Source: an uncultured Planctomycetales bacterium (GTDB taxonomy: Bacteria; Omnitrophota; Gorgyraeia; Zapsychrales; Fredricksoniimonadaceae). Taken from it: DNA of 64,000 nucleotides. Of this stretch, positions 54,923 through 64,000 are shown one piece after another. Below the pieces are notes generated by a model. It searched no databases. It saw nothing but the letters and a program-made list of their open reading frames with translations, and was not told the origin of the DNA. Each line of letters starts with the position of its first letter. Position 1 is the stretch's first letter. Location: assembly GCA_964520655.1 (NCBI GenBank), contig CAZFNI010000003.1, positions 6,220-70,219 on the forward strand. The letters run 5' to 3'. A program made the translations under genes and the position numbers.

Positions 54923-56353
54923 ATGGACAAGCTCAGAACAATCGTGTTTGTTGTTTTGACCGCCGTGCTGCTGGCAGTTCTGGGGCTGGTCTATTTCCCT
55001 TCTTTGTACCACGTCGCCCGCAGCGATCAGTTAAGTTATCTTTCCGCATTAGGCTTGACCCATGACTGGTATTCCCTGGCTGTTTCAACAATAGACCTTA
55101 ACCGCAAGAGCTGGTTTCCCGGCGGTGATGCGGCATTGTTCCGTCCTGTTTTATATTTTTTGCTGGGCAATGAGAGGTATTTCTTTGAGTATGATTACTG
55201 GTATTGGCAGCTGACCGGAGTGCTGCTGCATATCATCGCCTGCGGTCTTTTGTTTAGAGTATTGTGGCGCATCCGGCCCGGCATCGGCGCGGTGTGCTCG
55301 GCTGCGTTCTTCGCGTTCCAATTTTCCAATCTTGAAGCGGTCATCTGGCATCATATCAACGGATATATCCTTTTTGCTGTTTTTATCCTCGCGGCGCTTG
55401 ATCATTTCGTAAAATGGACGCGCGATAAGGTCATCACCGATAAAGTGATCCCCATGAATATCTTTCTGACACTGGCATGTTTGACCTATGAAGGGGGTGT
55501 TTGGTACTGTTTGTGTTTTGCCTTTGTCATGCGCTGCCGACAGTTATTATTACCCGTCGGTATTTATACGGTCTTAAACCTGGCCAACATTGTGTGTCAT
55601 CCGGATATGGTTTCGAGCGTCTTCTTAGGGAAGGGTGTTGCTGGGGCGCATTTCTGGCAATCCTGGTTTTTGACCATCCAGTGGTTTCTCTGTGCGGGAC
55701 TTTTTCTGCGGTCGGAAGATATCATTTTTGCGCCCCGTCTTGGGCTGCGGCCGGATTTTATCATGCCCCCGGGCGGCCTTAATGGGGGCAGTCTGTTGGT
55801 AGTGGTGTTATCTGCGGCGGTTGGGTTTGTGTTTTGGCAGCGCCGTCATCAGCTGAAAGAATATTTGCAATTACAGACGTTGCTGATCCTGATGCTGGCA
55901 GGGTATGTGATGATCATCGTGTGCGGGAGGGTGATGAGCCGCGGTGTCCATGATGGTTTGGGTAATACGCTGTACTATCTTTATAATTTTTGGATCCTGG
56001 CCGTCGTAGCTGTTTATGCATTGGCCCAGTCCTTTAAACGTGGGAAAGCGCTGCTGCTCGCGGGCATGATCGTGTTGACAGTGTTCAATGCCCAAAACAT
56101 TTACCGCATGAATACGTTCATGGCTCGCGCGTTCGTCCCCGAGCGCGGGTTTGTCGTTTACTTGAGGGATTTTATCCGCAGCCATCGTACAGAGAAGGAT
56201 TTTTCTTTTACAGTGGCGCAACATTGTCCCGGGCATTATTATCAAATGATCCCCTCCCGCGACGGCCGGGGGTTAAAAAAATTCACGTTTGCGCAGCTGT
56301 TGTACCCGCAGTATTATAAGGAAATTGATGCTAAATATGTGATCGGAGAATAA
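54923..56353 (+). CDS. Polytopic integral membrane protein (about 11 TM helices), function unknown
   Basis: Hydrophobicity pattern; overlaps/abuts neighbours in a + strand operon with the GHL10-like gene. Confidence 0.45.
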   Translation: MDKLRTIVFVVLTAVLLAVLGLVYFPSLYHVARSDQLSYLSALGLTHDWYSLAVSTIDLNRKSWFPGGDAALFRPVLYFLLGNERYFFEYDYWYWQLTGVLLHIIACGLLFRVLWRIRPGIGAVCSAAFFAFQFSNLEAVIWHHINGYILFAVFILAALDHFVKWTRDKVITDKVIPMNIFLTLACLTYEGGVWYCLCFAFVMRCRQLLLPVGIYTVLNLANIVCHPDMVSSVFLGKGVAGAHFWQSWFLTIQWFLCAGLFLRSEDIIFAPRLGLRPDFIMPPGGLNGGSLLVVVLSAAVGFVFWQRRHQLKEYLQLQTLLILMLAGYVMIIVCGRVMSRGVHDGLGNTLYYLYNFWILAVVAVYALAQSFKRGKALLLAGMIVLTVFNAQNIYRMNTFMARAFVPERGFVVYLRDFIRSHRTEKDFSFTVAQHCPGHYYQMIPSRDGRGLKKFTFAQLLYPQYYKEIDAKYVIGE

Positions 56354-56358
56354 GACAA

Positions 56359-57432
56359 GTGATAAGAACTATAGTTTTCGTTCTGTTTTTTTGTGTTGGG
56401 GTTGTTGTCTGTCAAGCCGGTGAAGTCCCTAAAGGCATGTTCGTCTGGTCTCTGGAAGAACATCCTGTGCTTTCCAGCGTCGGACAGATCGAGCGGATGA
56501 TCGCCTTTGCCAAGAAAGAGGGGATAAGGGATATCTTTGTCCAGGTCTATCGGGGTAATAAATCCTGGTTTCCCTCAGAGGCGGCCGATGATGAGCCCTA
56601 TCGTTTATGCCGCAAACAAGTCGGTCAGGATGCCTTTGCGCTGCTCATTGAGAAGGCGCACGCTCAAGGTATTGCCGTGCACGCGTGGATGAATATGTTG
56701 AGTTTAGGCGGCAACACCGATGCGCCGCTGCTTAAAAAATACGGTAGTTCTATTTTGACCAAGAACAGGGAACCCAAACGGACGCTGGCAGATTATAAGA
56801 TCGACAATCAATATTTTTTGGAACCGACCGACCGGAGAGTTATTCGTACTTGTGTTAAATTGGTCGATGAGGTTCTAAGCCAATATCCAGCGCTTGACGG
56901 CATACAGTTCGATTATATCCGTTATCCCGACGTACATCCGTTTTATGGCTATTCTGACGACAATATCGTCCGCTACAAACGGGCGGCCAATAAAATACGG
57001 GTGGTGGAAAGCGACCCGGCATGGAAACAATGGAAACGCGATTCAGTCACGGCATTATTAAAACGATTGGTCGATGAGGCTAAACACATTAACCCCAAGA
57101 TCCATGTCTCAACGACCGGCTGCCTTTCCTATGGGAGGGCTTTGGATGAAGCCATGCAGGATTGGCCATCGTGGATCAATACAGGGTTGGTTGAGTTTGT
57201 GACGCTGATGAATTATCCCCAGGATACGGCGACGTACATTAACAACATTAAGGGTATCAAGATGCATCTGCAGAACTTAAACCGGGTCAATATGGCGGTT
57301 GGGCTTTATAAGAATGTGCAGAGTCCCGCGGTCTTTAAAGAACATTATGCGGCTTGTCTAGAGGGATCGCCTAGAAGCTGTGTTTTTTTCCATTACAATA
57401 ACTTTTTAGAAAATCCTGACCTAACAATGTAA
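56359..57432 (+). CDS. Glycosyl-hydrolase-like family 10 (GHL10/DUF187, YddW-like) TIM-barrel protein
   Basis: Signal peptide; 'DIFVQVYRGNKSWFPSE', 'HAWMNMLSLG', 'DGIQFDYIRYP' resemble the YddW/DigH family. Confidence 0.45.
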   Translation: MIRTIVFVLFFCVGVVVCQAGEVPKGMFVWSLEEHPVLSSVGQIERMIAFAKKEGIRDIFVQVYRGNKSWFPSEAADDEPYRLCRKQVGQDAFALLIEKAHAQGIAVHAWMNMLSLGGNTDAPLLKKYGSSILTKNREPKRTLADYKIDNQYFLEPTDRRVIRTCVKLVDEVLSQYPALDGIQFDYIRYPDVHPFYGYSDDNIVRYKRAANKIRVVESDPAWKQWKRDSVTALLKRLVDEAKHINPKIHVSTTGCLSYGRALDEAMQDWPSWINTGLVEFVTLMNYPQDTATYINNIKGIKMHLQNLNRVNMAVGLYKNVQSPAVFKEHYAACLEGSPRSCVFFHYNNFLENPDLTM

Positions 57433-57449
57433 GACTTAAGGAGATCATT

Positions 57450-57968
57450 ATGGAAGGGCATCATCATGTGGACGCTAAGGACGTATTTGGCAGGAATGTG
57501 GGGATATTGGTTGCGGTGCTGGCGTTATTCTTAAGTGCGGCGACCATCCTGGCGCATCGCGCTCACACAGACACGATCATTTCCGCTAATAAAGCGGCAA
57601 ATTCTTGGTCGCATTATCAAGCCAAGCGCATTCGTGCTTATCAGGCGGAAATGAACGGCGATCTGATCAAGCTTGTCGCTGGGGGGAATCCATCCAGCGC
57701 GGCAGTTTTAGATGATCTGGCCCGCCAGTCCAAGAAATATGAGAGCGACCTGGAACATATCAAGGAAGAAGCAGAGGCGCACGAACGCGGCGAAGAGATC
57801 GAGCATAAACAGGCTACGTTCTTTGACCTGGCCGAAGGGCTGCTTGAGTTGGGGATGATCCTTACATCACTCTACTTTATCGCTCACAAAAAATTGTTCC
57901 CCATCGCCGGTGCTGTCATGGCGGTATGCGGGATCATCGTAGGTATCCTCGGGATCTTAGTTAAGTAG
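57450..57968 (+). CDS. DUF4337-like membrane protein
   Basis: N-terminal TM, 'NSWSHYQAKRIRAYQAEM', C-terminal TM pair. Confidence 0.4.
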   Translation: MEGHHHVDAKDVFGRNVGILVAVLALFLSAATILAHRAHTDTIISANKAANSWSHYQAKRIRAYQAEMNGDLIKLVAGGNPSSAAVLDDLARQSKKYESDLEHIKEEAEAHERGEEIEHKQATFFDLAEGLLELGMILTSLYFIAHKKLFPIAGAVMAVCGIIVGILGILVK

Positions 57969-57987
57969 TTACATGGTTTGTTGGGTC

Positions 57988-58015
57988 TTGACAAAATAAA
58001 TTAATTTGCTATACT
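57988..58015 (+). promoter_or_regulatory. Sigma70-type promoter of the hrcA-grpE-dnaK-dnaJ operon
   Basis: -35 TTGACA (57988-57993), 16-nt spacer, -10 TATACT (58010-58015). Confidence 0.55.
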
Positions 58016-58016
58016 T

Positions 58017-58043
58017 TTAGCAGACAAGTGATGTGAGTGCTAA
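58017..58043 (+). promoter_or_regulatory. CIRCE operator (HrcA binding site) TTAGCAGAC-N9-GAGTGCTAA
   Basis: Right arm is a perfect GAGTGCTAA, 9-nt spacer, left arm TTAGCAgaC (7/9); sits between a TTGACA-N16-TATACT promoter and hrcA. Confidence 0.7.
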
Positions 58044-58113
58044 TCAGCCTTCGCGTATTGATCTGCTACAAGAGCTACGGCTAACATGGCAGAATAAAGA
58101 GATATTAGAACAT

Positions 58114-58842
58114 ATGGCTAACAAAAATTCAGAAATTCAAGCGCGTAAAGACAGGATCCTGGCGATCGTCATCGGGCAGTATATCAAGACAACCGCTCCG
58201 GTCGGCTCCCAGGTGATCACGGAGAAATATCGGTTAGATGTTTCTCCTGCCACTGTGCGCAATATCCTGGCGGACTTGGAAGAGGAAGGGTATTTGACCC
58301 ATCCGCACACCTCCGCGGGGCGTGTCCCGACAGCTCAAGGCTACCGGTATTATGTGGACCACCTGATGCGCGAGATCCATTTATTAGAAGAGGAAAAAGA
58401 CCGTATTATTCAGGAATGCCGGCAGTACCGCCACAAGCTAGAGCAGTTAATTGAACGGACCTCCCAAGCCCTGTCCGACCTGACCCATTATACGGCGATC
58501 GTCTCCGTCGATGGTTGGGAGAGCAAGCTGATCATGAAGGGGACCAATTATGTGGTGGGATACCCGCAAGAGGCGGATATTTTAAAGATCCAGGCGATTT
58601 TGCGCATTTTAGAAGAGAAAGAGAAATTATTAGCGCTGATCAACCGCGATCTGGAAAAGCGCATTGAAATTTATATCGGGCATGAGTTAGCGCTCAAAGA
58701 AATGGAAAATTGTTCATTGGCTGTCAGCCGTTTTGAAAAAGACGGCGTCAGCGGCCGCATCGCGGTACTCGGCCCCACGCGCATGCAGTATGACCGCGTG
58801 GTTTCCGCCCTTGAGTATATTTCAGATCTGCTAAGCGAATAA
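58114..58842 (+). CDS. hrcA: Heat-inducible transcription repressor HrcA (short, about 242 aa)
   Basis: 'ILAIVIGQYIKTTAPVGSQVITEKYRLDVSPATVRNILADLEEEGYLTHPHTSAGRVPTAQGYRYYVDHLM' N-terminal wHTH; the ORF-track GTG start at 58033 lies inside CIRCE, so ATG 58114 is preferred. Confidence 0.7.
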   Translation: MANKNSEIQARKDRILAIVIGQYIKTTAPVGSQVITEKYRLDVSPATVRNILADLEEEGYLTHPHTSAGRVPTAQGYRYYVDHLMREIHLLEEEKDRIIQECRQYRHKLEQLIERTSQALSDLTHYTAIVSVDGWESKLIMKGTNYVVGYPQEADILKIQAILRILEEKEKLLALINRDLEKRIEIYIGHELALKEMENCSLAVSRFEKDGVSGRIAVLGPTRMQYDRVVSALEYISDLLSE

Positions 58843-58863
58843 CATTAAGGGAACAATCAGGTT

Positions 58864-59382
58864 ATGGAAGAACCTATTTCACAACCAGAGCAAGAAATTT
58901 TGTCGGCAAAACCGGAAAGCAATGAGCTGGAAGGCGTCAAGACAGCGCTGGCCGTTGAGCACGAGAAGTATGTCCGGCTGATGGCGGAGTTTGATAATAT
59001 GCGCAAGCGCCAGGAGCGCGAGCGTATGGAGTTGATCAAGTACGCGCATGAAGAGGTGATCGTGGAAAGTTTGAAGATCTACGATGACCTGGAGCGTTCC
59101 CTGTCGGCATTCAAAGCTAAAGAGGGCACAGATGCCAACTTGGTTAAAGGGCTGCAGATGGTCTATGACAATATGCGCGAGCTGATGAATAAGTATGACG
59201 TGAAGCACATTGAGGCACTAGGCAAGGCATTTGATCCAAACGCACATGAAGCGCTCATGATCGCCGAGAGCGGCGACCATCCGGACAATACGGTCGTCGA
59301 GGAATTCCAAAAAGGGTATACCCTGGCAGGGCGTGTGGTCAGAACAGCCAAGGTTAAGGTGAACAAAAATAATAACGTGTGA
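58864..59382 (+). CDS. grpE: Nucleotide exchange factor GrpE
   Basis: 'YVRLMAEFDNMRKRQERE' GrpE coiled-coil signature and C-terminal beta domain. Confidence 0.8.
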   Translation: MEEPISQPEQEILSAKPESNELEGVKTALAVEHEKYVRLMAEFDNMRKRQERERMELIKYAHEEVIVESLKIYDDLERSLSAFKAKEGTDANLVKGLQMVYDNMRELMNKYDVKHIEALGKAFDPNAHEALMIAESGDHPDNTVVEEFQKGYTLAGRVVRTAKVKVNKNNNV

Positions 59383-59423
59383 TCACGTTTAAGATTTATT
59401 AAAAGTATAAACAGGGGGTACAT

Positions 59424-61352
59424 ATGGCAAGAGTTATTGGTATTGATCTAGGAACATCGAATTCAGCAGCAGCGGTCATGGAAGGCGGCCGCCCGGTCAT
59501 CATCCCATCCGCCGAGGGGGCAGGGGTGGCTTCCGGAAAAGCGTTCCCGTCATTTGTGGCATTTACCAAAGATGGTCAATTACTCGTCGGTGAGCCAGCC
59601 CGCCGTCAGGCGCCGGTCAATTCTGAAGGCACCGTGTACGCGGCCAAACGCAAGATGGGTACCGATCACAAATTCAGCGTCTACGGAAAGCAGTATACCG
59701 CCCAGCAGATCTCTGCGTTTATTTTGCAGAAGATCAAGGCGGATGCCGAGAAGTTCTTGGGCGACAAAGTGGAAGATGTGGTCATCACCGTTCCTGCTTA
59801 CTTTAACGATAATCAGCGTCAGGCGACCAAAGACGCGGGTGAGATCGCGGGCTTGAAGGTGCTGCGCATCATTAACGAACCCACCGCAGCTTGTTTGGCG
59901 TATGGTTTAGATAAAGCCGGCAAGGAACAAAAGATCATGGTCTTCGATCTTGGCGGTGGTACGCTCGACGTCACCATTCTGGAAATGGGTTGGGACGAGG
60001 CTAATAAAGCAGCGACATTTGAAGTATTGTCCACCTCTGGCGATAATCAGCTGGGCGGTACGGACATGGACAATGCGCTGATCAATTACATCATTGAAGA
60101 ATTCAAAAAAGAATCCGGCGTTGACCTGCGCAATGACAAGATGTCATTCCAGCGTTTGCGCGAAGCGGCGGAAAAGGCCAAGGTTGAGTTATCCTCGACG
60201 ATCTCAACGGAAGTCAATTTGCCTTATATCACCGCGGATGCAACGGGTCCTAAGCATTTGAATATCAAGATCGAACGGGCCAAATTGGAAAGTCTGATCG
60301 CGCCGCTCATTGACCGTTGCCGCGGACCTGTGCGCCAGGCGATCAAGGACGCTTCCGCTAAATTAGGCGGCGAGGTGAAAGTCGACCGCGTGGTTTTAGT
60401 CGGCGGTCCGACCCGCATGCCGGTCGTTCAGTCATTTTTAGAGAATGAAGTTGGTCAAAAGATCGAACGCGGCATTGATCCTATGGAATGCGTTGCCTTA
60501 GGCGCGGCTGTTCAGGGCGCCATCATCACTGGTGATGCCAAAGACGTTCTGCTACTTGATGTTACGCCGTTGTCTTTAGGGATCGAGACCATGGGCGGGG
60601 TGTTCACGAAGTTGATCGAACGCAATACCACGATCCCCTCGAAAAAGAGCCAGGTTTTCTCGACGGCAGACGACAATCAGACCGCGGTGACCATCCGTGT
60701 TCTGCAAGGAGAACGCCAAATGGCCAATGACAACACGGAACTTGGCCGTTTTGACCTGGTGGGTATTCCGCCGGCACCACGCGGTATCCCGCAAGTTGAA
60801 GTGACCTTTGACATCGACGCTAACGGTATCGTTCACGTCGGAGCCAAGGACAAGGCCACGGGTAAGGAACAAAAGATCCAGATCACTGCTAAGACCAAAT
60901 TGTCGGATGATGAGATCCAGAAAATGGTCAAGGAAGCGGAGAAATTCGCGGCCGAGGACAGCAAACGTCGTGAAGAGGCGGAACTATTGAATCAGGCCAA
61001 TACAATGGTCTATTCAACGGAAAAGGCGCTCAAGGATTACGGCGATAAAGTGACAGCGGCGGATAAAGAAGCTGCCGAGAAAGAATTGACCGTGCTAAAA
61101 GCTGCGGTTGCCGAGAAGAATCAGGAAAAGATCAAGGCAGCCATGGAATCCTTGCAGAAGGCAAGCCACAAGCTGGCGGAAGAAGCATACAAAGCCACCG
61201 CTGCTCAACAGCAAGCGGGTGCAGGTGCTGGTCCTGATGCAGGTGCGCAAGGACCTGCCGGCGGTCAAGGTTCTGCCGAGGGCGATCAGCCTCAAGGCGG
61301 GAAAAAAGACGACGTGATCGATGCGGATTTCAAAGCATCGTCAGATAAATAA
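59424..61352 (+). CDS. dnaK: Molecular chaperone DnaK (Hsp70)
   Basis: '[14 protein letters not shown]', '[14 protein letters not shown]', '[14 protein letters not shown]' Hsp70 signatures. Confidence 0.9.
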   Translation: MARVIGIDLGTSNSAAAVMEGGRPVIIPSAEGAGVASGKAFPSFVAFTKDGQLLVGEPARRQAPVNSEGTVYAAKRKMGTDHKFSVYGKQYTAQQISAFILQKIKADAEKFLGDKVEDVVITVPAYFNDNQRQATKDAGEIAGLKVLRIINEPTAACLAYGLDKAGKEQKIMVFDLGGGTLDVTILEMGWDEANKAATFEVLSTSGDNQLGGTDMDNALINYIIEEFKKESGVDLRNDKMSFQRLREAAEKAKVELSSTISTEVNLPYITADATGPKHLNIKIERAKLESLIAPLIDRCRGPVRQAIKDASAKLGGEVKVDRVVLVGGPTRMPVVQSFLENEVGQKIERGIDPMECVALGAAVQGAIITGDAKDVLLLDVTPLSLGIETMGGVFTKLIERNTTIPSKKSQVFSTADDNQTAVTIRVLQGERQMANDNTELGRFDLVGIPPAPRGIPQVEVTFDIDANGIVHVGAKDKATGKEQKIQITAKTKLSDDEIQKMVKEAEKFAAEDSKRREEAELLNQANTMVYSTEKALKDYGDKVTAADKEAAEKELTVLKAAVAEKNQEKIKAAMESLQKASHKLAEEAYKATAAQQQAGAGAGPDAGAQGPAGGQGSAEGDQPQGGKKDDVIDADFKASSDK

Positions 61353-61361
61353 AAGGCAATT

Positions 61362-62486
61362 ATGTCCAAAAAAGATTATTACGAGATCTTAGGTGTAGAG
61401 AAGTCAGCGTCGGTCGCTGATATCAAGAAAGCGTACCGTTCGCTGGCGTTGAAATACCATCCAGACCGTGTCGCTGAAGGCGAAAAGAAAGCGGCGGAAG
61501 AAAAGTTCAAGGAGATCTCGGAAGCGTACGGCGTTCTCTCAGACCCACAAAAGAAGCAGACCTATGACCAGTTCGGCCATCAGGGGATCGATCAGAATTA
61601 TACGTCGGAAGATATTTTCCGCGGCGCGGATTTCTCCAGCGTTTTTGGGGATGCCGGATTGGGCGATATTCTAGGCCGTATGTTCGGCGATCAGTTTGGT
61701 TTTTCATCGGGCGGCGGCGGACGTTCCCGTGGCCGCGATATCCAGTATGAAGCTGAGATCACGCTGGAAGAAGCATACAGCGGCATCAAAAAAGAAATTC
61801 ATTTTCCGCGTTTGGATCATTGTAAGAAATGCGACGGGACCGGGGCCAAGGACGGCAAGGCATTAAAGACCTGTTCTCAGTGCCGCGGTCAGGGTCAAGT
61901 GGTCATGTCCTCCGGATTTTTCCGTATGGCCCAAACCTGCCCGCAATGCCGGGGAACGGGTAAGATGATCACGGAGAAATGTTCGGATTGTTCGGGGCAG
62001 GGGCTGGTTCGGGTCAACCGCACGGTGGAGGTCAAGATCCCTGCCGGTGTGGATAATGATTCCCAGCTTCGCGTGCGCGGCGAAGGGGAAGCAGGCGTTG
62101 CCGGCAGCGGTGATCTGTATTTGTTTATCCGCGTTAAAGAACACAGTCGTTTCGCCCGCCGCAACAATGATCTGACAACGGATCTGAATGTTCCTTTTTA
62201 CAAAGCCGCTTTAGGCGGAGAAGTGACGGTCGACAGTTTAAAAGAAAAAGTGCTCATGAAAGTCCCGGCAGGTACGCAAAGCGGTAAAGTATTTCGTCTG
62301 CGCGGCCACGGCATGCCGGATGTTCACCAGCAAGGTGAGCACGGGGATCTGTATGTGCGGGTCATGCTTGGTGTCCCGGAACATTTGTCGTCTCGTCAAA
62401 AAGAGTTAATGGAAGAATTTGCCGTGGAAGACGGGCAGGCTTCAGGAAAAACATTTAAAGAACGCATCAAAAAAGCGTTTAAGTGA
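61362..62486 (+). CDS. dnaJ: Molecular chaperone DnaJ
   Basis: J-domain 'DYYEILGV...HPDR', G/F region, four CxxCxGxG zinc-finger repeats. Confidence 0.85.
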   Translation: MSKKDYYEILGVEKSASVADIKKAYRSLALKYHPDRVAEGEKKAAEEKFKEISEAYGVLSDPQKKQTYDQFGHQGIDQNYTSEDIFRGADFSSVFGDAGLGDILGRMFGDQFGFSSGGGGRSRGRDIQYEAEITLEEAYSGIKKEIHFPRLDHCKKCDGTGAKDGKALKTCSQCRGQGQVVMSSGFFRMAQTCPQCRGTGKMITEKCSDCSGQGLVRVNRTVEVKIPAGVDNDSQLRVRGEGEAGVAGSGDLYLFIRVKEHSRFARRNNDLTTDLNVPFYKAALGGEVTVDSLKEKVLMKVPAGTQSGKVFRLRGHGMPDVHQQGEHGDLYVRVMLGVPEHLSSRQKELMEEFAVEDGQASGKTFKERIKKAFK

Positions 62487-62504
62487 TCCTTAAAGGAGAT
62501 CGGT

Positions 62505-62777
62505 ATGCCAAATTATGATTATGAATGTTCCGCCTGCGGACATACATTTGAAGAATTCCAGACCATGACGGACAAAAAATTGACCAAATGCCCCAAATGC
62601 GGCAAACAAAAGCTCGCCCGTTTGATCGGCGGCGGTTCCGGCATGATCTTTAAAGGCACGGGTTTTTATCAAACGGATTACAAGAATAAACCGTCCAGTC
62701 CCGCAAAGCCGGAGGCTAAACCGGCAGCAGCACCAGCCGGCGGTTGCGGCGGCGGCTGCGCCTGCCACGCGGCGTGA
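62505..62777 (+). CDS. FmdB-family zinc-ribbon protein
   Basis: 'MPNYDYECSACGHTFEEFQ...KCPKCG' N-terminal zinc ribbon; Gly/Ala/Cys-rich tail. Confidence 0.6.
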   Translation: MPNYDYECSACGHTFEEFQTMTDKKLTKCPKCGKQKLARLIGGGSGMIFKGTGFYQTDYKNKPSSPAKPEAKPAAAPAGGCGGGCACHAA

Positions 62778-62833
62778 CATACAGTCTTGTTTTATTGATT
62801 AACTTTGGGGGTATCTGCTATACTTGAAAATGT

Positions 62834-63331
62834 ATGATCATTTACGAAGACATCCTGCGGGCTTTCCAAAAAAATAACGTAAAATATGTTCTAGTCGGCG
62901 GTATCGCGTTAAATTTACAGGGCGCATTCCGCAGTACGGCGGATCTGGATATTTTAGTTGAGATGACGGATGCGAACCTGGCCAAGATCGTTAAGATCCT
63001 TAAACAGAAGAAATATGTTGTTAAGCAACCTGTGGATCCCATGATGATCGCTGATACGGCGACGCGCAAAGATTGGATAAAGAACAAGAACATGAAAGCG
63101 TTTTGTTTTTTCAAGCAGAATGGGGAGCAGGTGGATCTGATCATTGATTCTCCAGTCCAGTTCGATCAAGCGGTCAAAGAAGCGGATGTGGTCAACGTTG
63201 ACGGCATACGATTGCCGGTCATATCGGTGGATCATCTGATCAAGATGAAACAAAAGACGGGCAGGGAAAAAGACAAGCTGGATGTCCGGGAATTAAAGGC
63301 GATCAAGAAACTCAAAGGTGTACGGTCATGA
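62834..63331 (+). CDS. Nucleotidyltransferase-fold protein (possible toxin/antitoxin-type NTase)
   Basis: 'VLVGGIALNLQGAFRSTADLDILVE' resembles the GS...D.D motif of minimal nucleotidyltransferases. Confidence 0.35.
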   Translation: MIIYEDILRAFQKNNVKYVLVGGIALNLQGAFRSTADLDILVEMTDANLAKIVKILKQKKYVVKQPVDPMMIADTATRKDWIKNKNMKAFCFFKQNGEQVDLIIDSPVQFDQAVKEADVVNVDGIRLPVISVDHLIKMKQKTGREKDKLDVRELKAIKKLKGVRS

Positions 63332-63480
63332 ATTTTGGATGGGAAACAGAAACACAACGTTTGAAGCGACACATGAGCATTCCTCCTAAAAGGAAGTTAG
63401 AACTCCTCTATGCATTAAGTCGTTTTACCAGGAAATATGCCGTGAAATCTTCCTCAAAAGTAATCAAACGCGGTAAATAA
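63328..63480 (+). CDS. Small basic ORF (50 aa) overlapping the NTase stop (GTCATGA)
   Basis: ATG overlaps the upstream stop, suggesting translational coupling; no motif. Confidence 0.2.
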   Translation: MNFGWETETQRLKRHMSIPPKRKLELLYALSRFTRKYAVKSSSKVIKRGK

Positions 63481-63568
63481 GCCATTCCCCGCAAGTGGTA
63501 AATCCATAATATATATGTTAATATTTAGATAAATGACGATATCGCCATTGTATTTTATTTTGCCTAAT

Positions 63569-64000
63569 ATGTTTAGAAAAACCACCCATTCTTTATTGAT
63601 CGTTGTTTTTGTGCTTTCCAGTCTGGGCCTGCCTCCAAAGGCGGATGCCCAGACACTGCTTGATCTTCCGCAACCCGGCAGCATGGTGCTTTTAAGCGCG
63701 CCCTATCAGCCGGCCTTGATCAAAGGGTTGACCATTCATCCCGATGATCCTTTCCAATTTGATTTCATCGTCGATATCGGTCAGGATAAGCTTCAGGGAG
63801 ATGTGCTTAAAGTTGAAGGGGAAAAGCAGATCAAATATTTTCTCGCCTCATTGGCTATTCCCGAAAAAGACTGGTGGGTCAACCTCTCTCCGTATGAAAA
63901 AGATAAAACTGTTCCGGAAGCCCTGTCCCAGACGGATTTGGGCCGCGACCTTTTAGCTCAGGATTACATCTTAAAACAGATCACCGCGTCGCTCATCTAC
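63569..64000 (+). CDS. Secreted hypothetical protein, 5' part (runs off the window end)
   Basis: ATG 63569; signal peptide 'MFRKTTHSLLIVVFVLSSLGLPPKADAQ'; frame stays open to position 64000; absent from the ORF track, presumably because no stop lies in the window. Confidence 0.4.
   Translation, partial: MFRKTTHSLLIVVFVLSSLGLPPKADAQTLLDLPQPGSMVLLSAPYQPALIKGLTIHPDDPFQFDFIVDIGQDKLQGDVLKVEGEKQIKYFLASLAIPEKDWWVNLSPYEKDKTVPEALSQTDLGRDLLAQDYILKQITASLIY

Noticed and set aside
1-64000. Looked for mobile elements, rRNA/tRNA genes and CRISPR arrays
   Set aside because: No transposase/integrase/recombinase-like ORF, no tRNA-like cloverleaf-sized conserved segments noticed in the intergenic regions, and no direct-repeat/spacer arrays. 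None reported.

Overview
This 64 kb window is a gene-dense chromosomal segment from a Gram-negative, probably anaerobic or microaerophilic, bacterium. GC content is about 50%. About 65 genes are called and all but two lie on the + strand. Many neighbouring genes overlap by 4 to 20 bp (ATGA-type junctions), which indicates long operons.

Evidence for a Gram-negative, anaerobic or microaerophilic lifestyle:
- Outer-membrane beta-barrel proteins, lipoproteins and pseudopilins are present.
- Class III ribonucleotide reductase (NrdDG), hemerythrin and a rubrerythrin-VIT1 fusion are present.

Content in order along the window:
- 1-5.3 kb: housekeeping genes. An ArsP/DUF318-like permease, a B12-binding radical-SAM enzyme on the minus strand, DbpA helicase and phosphofructokinase.
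- 5.4-7.6 kb: a ferredoxin-domain protein and a TPR/beta-barrel outer-membrane-like protein, both with signs of truncation or frame problems.
- 7.7-8.9 kb: a His/Met-rich lipoprotein built from an internally duplicated domain.
- 8.9-11.7 kb: system II cytochrome c biogenesis genes (ResB/CcsB and CcsA).
- 11.8-14.5 kb: anaerobic ribonucleotide reductase nrdD and nrdG.
- 14.6-25.0 kb: a redox module, which is the most interesting part of the window.
  - A PAS histidine kinase, a NarL-type response regulator and a CheY-like receiver.
  - Glutamyl-tRNA reductase (hemA).
  - A monoheme cytochrome c, an 8-heme periplasmic cytochrome and a 689-aa outer-membrane porin. This arrangement resembles MtoD/MtoA/MtoB or Pcc porin-cytochrome conduits.
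  - A 7-heme, 3-TM NapC/NirT-type cytochrome that resembles ImcH.
  - A bacteriohemerythrin.
  - An 11-heme cytochrome c fused to a di-heme cytochrome b membrane domain, which resembles CbcL.
  - A LOV-like (cysteine-less) PAS-LuxR regulator downstream.
- 25.9-30.7 kb: a CHI-like periplasmic protein, a P1B-type ATPase, ogt, an Old-Yellow-Enzyme and a secreted hypothetical protein.
- 30.8-35.7 kb: metal uptake genes. A cupredoxin-like protein, an FTR1 iron permease fused in frame to a signal-peptide-bearing beta-barrel-like domain, and zur-znuACB.
- 35.7-40.0 kb: photolyase, a U32 peptidase and a membrane FMN glutamate-synthase-like protein.
- 40.1-43.4 kb: an unusual operon with a small Cys-rich membrane protein, a Rho paralog that lacks the N-terminal RNA-binding domain, an NnrS-like protein and an Er-VIT1 rubrerythrin/iron-transporter fusion.
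- 43.4-49.9 kb: an rRNA methyltransferase, three pseudopilins, a subtilase, an entericidin-like lipoprotein and ABC-F Uup.
- 49.9-50.3 kb: a 418-bp highly structured intergenic region containing a 21-bp perfect inverted repeat.
- 50.3-57.9 kb: a permease on the minus strand, a Gly-rich secreted protein, cspA, PPK2 and membrane or GHL10-like proteins.
- 58.0-62.5 kb: the CIRCE-controlled hrcA-grpE-dnaK-dnaJ heat-shock operon.
- 62.5-64.0 kb: small genes.

No CRISPR array, rRNA, tRNA, transposase or integrase was found.
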